Assembly (NCBI GenBank): GCA_030649735.1
Contig: JAUSFL010000007.1
Coordinates: 1-32,114, forward strand
Source of the DNA: Candidatus Iainarchaeum sp.
GTDB taxonomy: Archaea; Iainarchaeota; Iainarchaeia; Iainarchaeales; UBA10191
Reading direction: 5' to 3'
Length of the DNA: 32,114 nucleotides
Part shown: one piece after another, positions 26,639 through 32,114 of the stretch
Numbering within the stretch: the first letter of the stretch is position 1
How the letters are laid out: each line of letters begins with the position of its first letter
Program-made: the position numbers and the translations under genes
The notes under the pieces: generated by a model
Database searches by the model: none
Seen by the model: the letters and a program-made list of their open reading frames with translations, nothing else
Told to the model about the DNA's origin: nothing

Positions 26639-27076
26639 ATGCCAGCCCTTCATGCCCCTCCAAGAAAGAAGCAAATGCACCAGCATGGAATGCCAGGCAT
26701 TGGAGCCAATGTTGGAAGGCTTTCAAGAGAGCTTTCTCAGTTGGGAAAGCTTGCGGCAATTCCCCGCGCTGGAGAAAGAATGGCTGAACAGCCTTTAGAC
26801 AAAGAAGAGCTTTTGAAAAGATGGCCTGAGGAATTGGACCGCATTGATTTGAGAACAGCCGATGGAGTGGAGCAAATGTTCATGCTTGGCCTTCAGAGGC
26901 AAAACAAGGAAATGATTCGAAAGGCATTGCTTTCAGTAATTCGCTGGAAAAACCCCGGAAAAGCAAGGGAATTTTTCAGGAAATTCTTTGAAAATGACGA
27001 AAACGAGCAAATGAAGGAGATTGGCAGAAAAGCATATGCTGATTATTTGAGATTGCGCGGCGAAAAATTGTGGTGA
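26639..27076 (+). CDS. Hypothetical protein (helical, charged C-terminal half)
   Basis: Open frame with host-like codon usage; TTTTAAA about 25 nt upstream suggests a leaderless start. Confidence 0.55.
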   Translation: MPALHAPPRKKQMHQHGMPGIGANVGRLSRELSQLGKLAAIPRAGERMAEQPLDKEELLKRWPEELDRIDLRTADGVEQMFMLGLQRQNKEMIRKALLSVIRWKNPGKAREFFRKFFENDENEQMKEIGRKAYADYLRLRGEKLW

Positions 27077-27080
27077 AAAC

Positions 27081-27353
27081 TTGCAGGACTTGATGAAAAT
27101 TTTAGGGAATTTCGTAAACGAAATGGACTCTGAAGAATTCAGGCAAAAAATCCGCGCAGGCCTTTTTGCAGAGCTTGAGCCATTCCTGGTTTTTCTGCCC
27201 GAAGATTACGTGAAAAAGCTCAAGAAAACAAGCTTTGCCGTTGTCAAAAAGTTTTTGGAAAAAAACTGCAAGGAAAAAGCCAAAATTATCTTTGAAGAAA
27301 AACGCTGGGAATTCCTGGAAAAAGAGTTTGACAGGCTGAAGAAAAAGCTCTGA
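27081..27353 (+). CDS. Small hypothetical protein
   Basis: GGTGA RBS before TTG; charged helical 90-aa product. Confidence 0.6.
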   Translation: MQDLMKILGNFVNEMDSEEFRQKIRAGLFAELEPFLVFLPEDYVKKLKKTSFAVVKKFLEKNCKEKAKIIFEEKRWEFLEKEFDRLKKKL

Positions 27354-27363
27354 ATTAAACTGC

Positions 27364-28434
27364 CTAGAATTGTTCCGCAATTTCCCTGTAAGTCTTGTAA
27401 ATTTTCTGGATTTCTGAAACATTGATGCTTTCTTCGCTTCCATGGATTGAAAGGCATGGAATTCCAAGCATTACTGTCGGAATTCCCCTTGCGGAAAAAA
27501 ACCTTCCATCGCTTGCGCCATTTTCCTTAATTGCATGGATTTTCCTGCCGGAATTTCGCGAGTGAATTCTTGCAAGCTTTTGGACAAAATAATTCGATTT
27601 TTTGGTTTCCATCAATGGCTCGTTCTCGAGGATTTCAAAATCAATCTTCAATTTTTTCAGCTTTCCCAAAAATTCTTTCTTCCTGAAGTTTTCAGTAAAC
27701 CTGATGTCAACCAAGGCCTTTGCGCTGTCCGGAACCTTGTTTGCCGCATCTCCGCCGGAAATTTTGCCAATGTTCATTGTTGGAATCCAGTAATTTCTTG
27801 CACTGGCTTTCTTGAATAATTTCCCGATTGCCTGCAAGTCTTTCATTAATTTTTCAATCGCGTTTTCGCCAAGCCATGGCCTTGACCCGTGCGCTGCCTT
27901 TCCACTGGCCTTGATTTTAAGAAGCAAAATTCCCTTTTCCTTTACGACAACGCCATTTTGCGTTGGCTCTGTTCCAATGACAAATTCTGGCTTTACTTTG
28001 CCCGCGATTTTTTCAGCCCCGTTAAAGCCGCCGATTTCCTCGTCTGTTGTAATAATCAATCCTACAGAATGATTTGCGAAAGTTTCCTTGAACGCGTGCA
28101 TTGCGATTGCGGCGTTTGTTTTCATGTCTCCGGAACCGCGTCCAAAAAGCATTCCTTTTTTGACCGCTGGCTTAAACTGCCGCTTTTCTGCCTCCACCAC
28201 ATCCAAGTGAATCAGAAAAAACAAGCCGGCGTTCTTTCTTCTTTTGGCTGTAACAACAATGCTCGGCTTTTCCGCAAACTCGAACTCTTGAAACCGCACG
28301 TTTTGGCCTTTGAAAAACTTTTTGGCATAAGCAATGCATTCTTTCAGTTTTTCAGGCCTTGACTTTACAGACTCAATGCTGATCAAGTCTTTCGCGGTCT
28401 TCAAGAGCCGGCCAGTAACTGCCATTTCTTTCAC
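27364..28434 (-). CDS. M20 family metallopeptidase/deacylase (ArgE/DapE-like)
   Basis: HLDVV, GRGSGDMK, DEEIGG, EPT, AAHGSRPWLGENAI, NKVPD, SDGRFF and IHG motifs. Confidence 0.92.
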   Translation of the reverse strand: MKEMAVTGRLLKTAKDLISIESVKSRPEKLKECIAYAKKFFKGQNVRFQEFEFAEKPSIVVTAKRRKNAGLFFLIHLDVVEAEKRQFKPAVKKGMLFGRGSGDMKTNAAIAMHAFKETFANHSVGLIITTDEEIGGFNGAEKIAGKVKPEFVIGTEPTQNGVVVKEKGILLLKIKASGKAAHGSRPWLGENAIEKLMKDLQAIGKLFKKASARNYWIPTMNIGKISGGDAANKVPDSAKALVDIRFTENFRKKEFLGKLKKLKIDFEILENEPLMETKKSNYFVQKLARIHSRNSGRKIHAIKENGASDGRFFSARGIPTVMLGIPCLSIHGSEESINVSEIQKIYKTYREIAEQF

Positions 28435-28562
28435 TTTACAAAGCCATTAACCAGCATTATGGCAGCGGTCACAGCAATCCACGCTATCGCAAGCACTGCA
28501 ATCAGCAGGAGAGTTTTTTTCAGGTTTCCCGCCTCTTCTTTTGAAAAGAATCCTTTAACCAT
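28431..28562 (-). CDS. Small single-TM protein (43 aa), missing from the ORF track
   Basis: Manual translation: MVKGFFSKEEAGNLKKTLLLIAVLAIAWIAVTAAIMLVNGFVK. Its stop overlaps the M20 GTG start (GTGA). Confidence 0.6.
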   Translation of the reverse strand: MVKGFFSKEEAGNLKKTLLLIAVLAIAWIAVTAAIMLVNGFVK

Positions 28563-28617
28563 AGTTTAACATGAAATCTTTCAGGCTTAATTAACCTGTC
28601 TTTTTTTGCCGTTGATT

Positions 28618-31600
28618 TTACAGGAATTCTTCAACTTCTTCAGTTTTTTTGTCAGAGCTTGCCTCAAAATCCAAAGCCGCCTTTTCCAATGAGACTTCAT
28701 GCCTGCTTTCAGCGCTCTTGCGTTCCCTTACCTTGAAAAAGACCGGAAAACCGACTGCCTCGCCCACAATCAATGCTTCTCCAACCCTCAGGCTTGTAAT
28801 CATGCGTTCGCTTGCAAAATCAATTCCTTCACTGCTCTCGCTCAAGTGCTTTATGTCGTAAGGGTTTGTAATGCGCAAAATCAAGTGGGTGTTGCATTGC
28901 GAAAGGGCAGTAGTGCTCAAGCGCTTTGGCCTTTGGGAAATCAGGCAAATGCTCGCGCCAAATTTCCTTCCCTCACGCGCTATTGTTTCAATGATCCCCT
29001 TGGCCATTGCCTGCTCGAACTTCACGCCTTCAGGCGCGAACTGGTGCGCTTCCTCAATCAAGGCCACAAATGGCGGGATTTTTTTCGCCCTGCGTTCATA
29101 AAACAATTTTCTCAAAAAATAGCTTGCCATTATTTGCTTTCTTTTGGTGTTTATTTCAGCGCTGAAGTCAATGATTGTCAAAAAGCCAGGCCTTATGACA
29201 TCATGCAGGGAGAAAGAGTCTGTCTCGTCAAACAAGTTCATTTCTGAAAGCTCAAAAAGCCAGCCTGAAAGAGACGCGGCTGTCTTTTTGCCTTCCTCAT
29301 TCTTCAATACTTCCTGCATTAAGGCAGTCAATGAATAAGGCCCAAGGCCTGCCTTCATTTCATCCTTTAATTTAGAGATTGCCTTTCCCAAATCGCGCTT
29401 TTGCGGAGCGCTCATTCCAGGCATTAATGCTGAAAAATCGCCCGCGGAAAGTTTTGGAACTCCAATCTTTATTGAATGCGATGGAATTAGGATTGTTTTT
29501 GAAGAATAGTCTTTCTTGCTCTTGTCAGTTTGAGGCTCTGCAAAACTGCTGTATTCCCCATGGGTGTCAAACATTACAGCAGCAATCCTTCCATTCTCTT
29601 TCTTCCTGTCCAAAAGCTCTTCCAAAAGCACTGAAGTAAAATAGCTGTTATGTACTAGAATTCCATTGGCTGTAAAGTTTGAGTTTTCAACTGACAAGTC
29701 ATAAACAAATTCGCTTGCTGGCTTAATTTTCTCTATTTTTACTATTTTATCAAAGAATGCGTTCAATTTTAATGCTTGCTTTAGCACTTGAGTTCTGGCT
29801 TTTGCTTGGATTAAATTTTCCTTGGACTTGTTGGCAAGAATTGCCAATTCTTCTGAAAGCTTTATGACTTTGGATTGTTCTGGCACTCCTGTGTTGTTTG
29901 AATGGTAATAAAGGAATTGCTTGAAGTTTCCTGTTTTGATGCAAAGCTCTTGCGTTTGATAATTCAAGATTTCGCAGAGTTTCTTTATTTTAGCTAGCGC
30001 AACATTTGCTTCAAATCCAGCCGCACTCTCAAACTTTTCGAAGTCCATTCCCTGTTTTTTCAGCACGTTTTTTGCAAGCGCAAATGCAGAGTATCTTGGG
30101 GCAGTAATTTTCCTGACAACTCTTCTTGCAGTAGTGCTTGAGATTCCACTATTTTGCGCAATTTGCCCAAACTCAAGCCCTTTGTTAAAGTACGCGTCTT
30201 CGATTATTTCCAACGCTTCTGCTTCGCTGGCTTTTGGGATGTTTTCATAAAGCCGTAATGCTTCGTTTGAGGCTGTTTCAACTTCCACTATTCTTTTTTC
30301 GAAGCAGTTTACTAGGGTTGCGAGGCTTTGCCTGCTTGGATTGTCTTTCCGATTAAGGTAGTTGAATATTCCTGTTGATTCTTTTGACGGAGCAGGCATT
30401 CTTAAAAGTTTCAGCAATTCTTTGAAGTGCTCGCGCAAGTTAGGCACTACATCAATGTTTGTGTTACTTTTTACATTCTGCCATTTTTCAAGCGCTTTTT
30501 TCTTGTAGCCTATTTTCAAATCCAAAGCACTAAGTTTTTTCAACTCTTCAGAGCCAGGAATAATTAACTTTTGATATTCTTTTTCGCCAAGTTTTTTGGT
30601 TTTCTTGATTGAAATGCAGCCCATTTTGCTGATTATTTCAGCAATTCCTTCAGAAAGCCTTTTGCTTGCCAAGGTTATCTCAATTTCTGACTTTTTTGAG
30701 TTGACAAATCCGTCGCAGTCAATGAATGCGGCAAGGAAAGCCAGCAATATTTCTTTTTTGCTTGCCGTGATTTCTTTAGGGATGAATTTTGTCCAGCTTG
30801 ATTTTGTAAACCCAAATTCTGCAAGGCATTTTCCCAAAAGCTTGTTGTCAAAAACAAACTCGCCACCTCTTTTTGTTGTTTTGCATTCAATTCCGAATTT
30901 TTTGCCGATTATTCTTGAGAATTCTTTCCTGATTTCTGGGTTTTCATTGGTGAATGTCATTCTAGGGTATTTTATTGTGTTATGACCTTCTGCAAGCAAG
31001 TATGCAAAAAGCCTTGCAAGGTCTTCATCAACAGCATGCTTTAGTCTGACTTTTGCCTTTGAAAACTTTGATTTTGCAAATTCACCATTTATTTCAACAT
31101 TGGGAAATTCCCCGGCTGCTTTTGTGAAATCTATTAGCTGTTCTTTGCCGTTCCATTCAATCCTTGGGGAAAAAAGGTAGTTTTCGGTTGACAATTGCCC
31201 TGCGTTTATCCACTCTATTTTCCCATTGAATATTGGCACCGGGTGTTCTGGAGTCAATTCAATTACTTTTCCAGTCCTTGTTGTGATTTTAATTAACTCT
31301 TCCGGCGCTTTTCTCCTAGCATACCCTAAAATTTTGCCTGGCTTTATTTTTCCATCAAAATCATCAAGCGCGTAAATCCTTTGATTCAAGTCTTCTTGCC
31401 AGAATTCACAATTGCCGTCAATTTTCTTGTTTTTTTCCAGTATAGGATCAACGATTTCTGAAATTGCCTTTTGCTCTTGGCCTTCAATCCAGATTTTAGT
31501 GTTTCCGTTCAGGCATTTTCCAGAACCGCTTTGAGCCAGAATGCAAAGGTGCTTTTGCAGCAAGCGCGTCAAATTCAATTTTACTTTCAAATCGTGGAAT

Positions 31601-32025
31601 TCAAGCTCTCCCAATTCCATTCCATTGTTTTCGTCAAAATGCAATATTTTCTTCAAGGTTTCGCTTGATGCAACGCGCACTTTAGTTCCTGGGCCTGCAG
31701 GGAATGAAGGCCTTTTGATTTTGCCTTCTTTGGAAATTACTCCAAGCGGGCGGGTTTTTGCAAGCAAGTATTCCCACTCGTGCACTGGAAACTGTTCAAA
31801 GAGCGCGCGGCCATTGCTTTCAAACTCTTTGACGCTTTCAGCGCGCTCGAAATAACGATTGGTCTTTTGCAAGTCGTTAATCATGCAGACCATTTTGCCT
31901 TCAGAATAGTCCAATTCAATGAATTGTCCCCTGTGCACCTTGTTTTCGGCGCTAACTACAAAGTCGACGCTTGAAGGGCTTGGGCCTTCCATTGTTGAAA
32001 CAACAGTTCCTACTTCTTTTTCCAT
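28618..32025 (-). CDS. herA: HerA-family helicase/translocase containing an intein (about 512-aa extein)
   Basis: N-terminal HAS barrel, Walker A 'AQSGSGK|SY' split by the intein, 'DTHGEY', Walker B 'IEEAHQF', 'REGRKFG' and 'SQRP'. Confidence 0.92.
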   Translation of the reverse strand: MEKEVGTVVSTMEGPSPSSVDFVVSAENKVHRGQFIELDYSEGKMVCMINDLQKTNRYFERAESVKEFESNGRALFEQFPVHEWEYLLAKTRPLGVISKEGKIKRPSFPAGPGTKVRVASSETLKKILHFDENNGMELGELEFHDLKVKLNLTRLLQKHLCILAQSGSGKCLNGNTKIWIEGQEQKAISEIVDPILEKNKKIDGNCEFWQEDLNQRIYALDDFDGKIKPGKILGYARRKAPEELIKITTRTGKVIELTPEHPVPIFNGKIEWINAGQLSTENYLFSPRIEWNGKEQLIDFTKAAGEFPNVEINGEFAKSKFSKAKVRLKHAVDEDLARLFAYLLAEGHNTIKYPRMTFTNENPEIRKEFSRIIGKKFGIECKTTKRGGEFVFDNKLLGKCLAEFGFTKSSWTKFIPKEITASKKEILLAFLAAFIDCDGFVNSKKSEIEITLASKRLSEGIAEIISKMGCISIKKTKKLGEKEYQKLIIPGSEELKKLSALDLKIGYKKKALEKWQNVKSNTNIDVVPNLREHFKELLKLLRMPAPSKESTGIFNYLNRKDNPSRQSLATLVNCFEKRIVEVETASNEALRLYENIPKASEAEALEIIEDAYFNKGLEFGQIAQNSGISSTTARRVVRKITAPRYSAFALAKNVLKKQGMDFEKFESAAGFEANVALAKIKKLCEILNYQTQELCIKTGNFKQFLYYHSNNTGVPEQSKVIKLSEELAILANKSKENLIQAKARTQVLKQALKLNAFFDKIVKIEKIKPASEFVYDLSVENSNFTANGILVHNSYFTSVLLEELLDRKKENGRIAAVMFDTHGEYSSFAEPQTDKSKKDYSSKTILIPSHSIKIGVPKLSAGDFSALMPGMSAPQKRDLGKAISKLKDEMKAGLGPYSLTALMQEVLKNEEGKKTAASLSGWLFELSEMNLFDETDSFSLHDVIRPGFLTIIDFSAEINTKRKQIMASYFLRKLFYERRAKKIPPFVALIEEAHQFAPEGVKFEQAMAKGIIETIAREGRKFGASICLISQRPKRLSTTALSQCNTHLILRITNPYDIKHLSESSEGIDFASERMITSLRVGEALIVGEAVGFPVFFKVRERKSAESRHEVSLEKAALDFEASSDKKTEEVEEFL
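29647..31515 (-). mobile_element. Intein (623 aa, C171-N793) with LAGLIDADG endonuclease and a large helical insertion
   Basis: Block A 'CLNGNT', block B 'TPEHP', endonuclease motifs 'FAYLLAEG' and 'LAAFIDCDG', block F 'VYDLSV', block G 'ILVHN' followed by S+1. Confidence 0.95.
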
Positions 32026-32029
32026 AAAT

Positions 32030-32113
32030 TCACTTTAATTCAATATATTGAATTCCTTTCTCCTTAAGTTCTTTTTCAGAATACATTTGAAAAAGCCGGT
32101 CATGCACGTCTAC
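32030..32113 (-). CDS. 3' end of an upstream gene (partial, truncated by the window edge)
   Basis: Open frame ...VDVHDRLFQMYSEKELKEKGIQYIELK* ends 4 nt before the herA start. Confidence 0.5.
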   Translation of the reverse strand, partial: VDVHDRLFQMYSEKELKEKGIQYIELK

Positions 32114-32114
32114 T

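Noticed and set aside
343-31974. Many long antisense or alternate-frame ORFs in the track (e.g. 343-1257, 4268-5017, 2680-3360)
   Set aside because: They are shadows of well-supported genes, favoured by the scarcity of TTA/CTA codons, and carry no recognisable motifs.
32037-32054. Perfect 18-bp palindrome AATTCAATATATTGAATT upstream of herA
   Set aside because: It is AT-rich and lies within the probable 3' coding end of the upstream gene (IQYIEL). No second copy was seen.
1-32114. CRISPR array, rRNA, IS elements, long tandem repeats
   Set aside because: No regularly spaced repeats, rRNA-like tracts or transposase motifs were seen, and almost all of the sequence is explained by coding genes.

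Overview
Gene-dense archaeal chromosomal segment. The compact intergenic regions, divergent housekeeping proteins, class III signal-peptide proteins and free-standing LAGLIDADG genes suggest a DPANN-type archaeon (inference). It encodes an EppA-like prepilin peptidase with five pilin-like proteins and a distant CpaF/VirB11 ATPase; translation and RNA-metabolism genes (ABCE1, pelota, Elp3, ThpR, CCA-adding enzyme, aEF1B, rps17e, rpoK, an intron-containing tRNA-Arg(UCG)); and DNA-repair genes (Rad50, intein-containing HerA, a catalytically degenerate PolB2-like protein). The most unexpected observation is a conserved element, CACGA-N2-GGAAATCT-N1-3-GCTTC, found three times. Each copy lies in the sense orientation just upstream of a TATA-like box and ends 36-38 nt before a start codon: once in front of the degenerate PolB2-like gene and once in front of each of two free-standing LAGLIDADG-family genes. 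This suggests a regulon, possibly damage-responsive, that links homing-endonuclease-like genes to a host repair gene. The stop codon of one LAGLIDADG gene shares its last base with nucleotide 1 of the tRNA.
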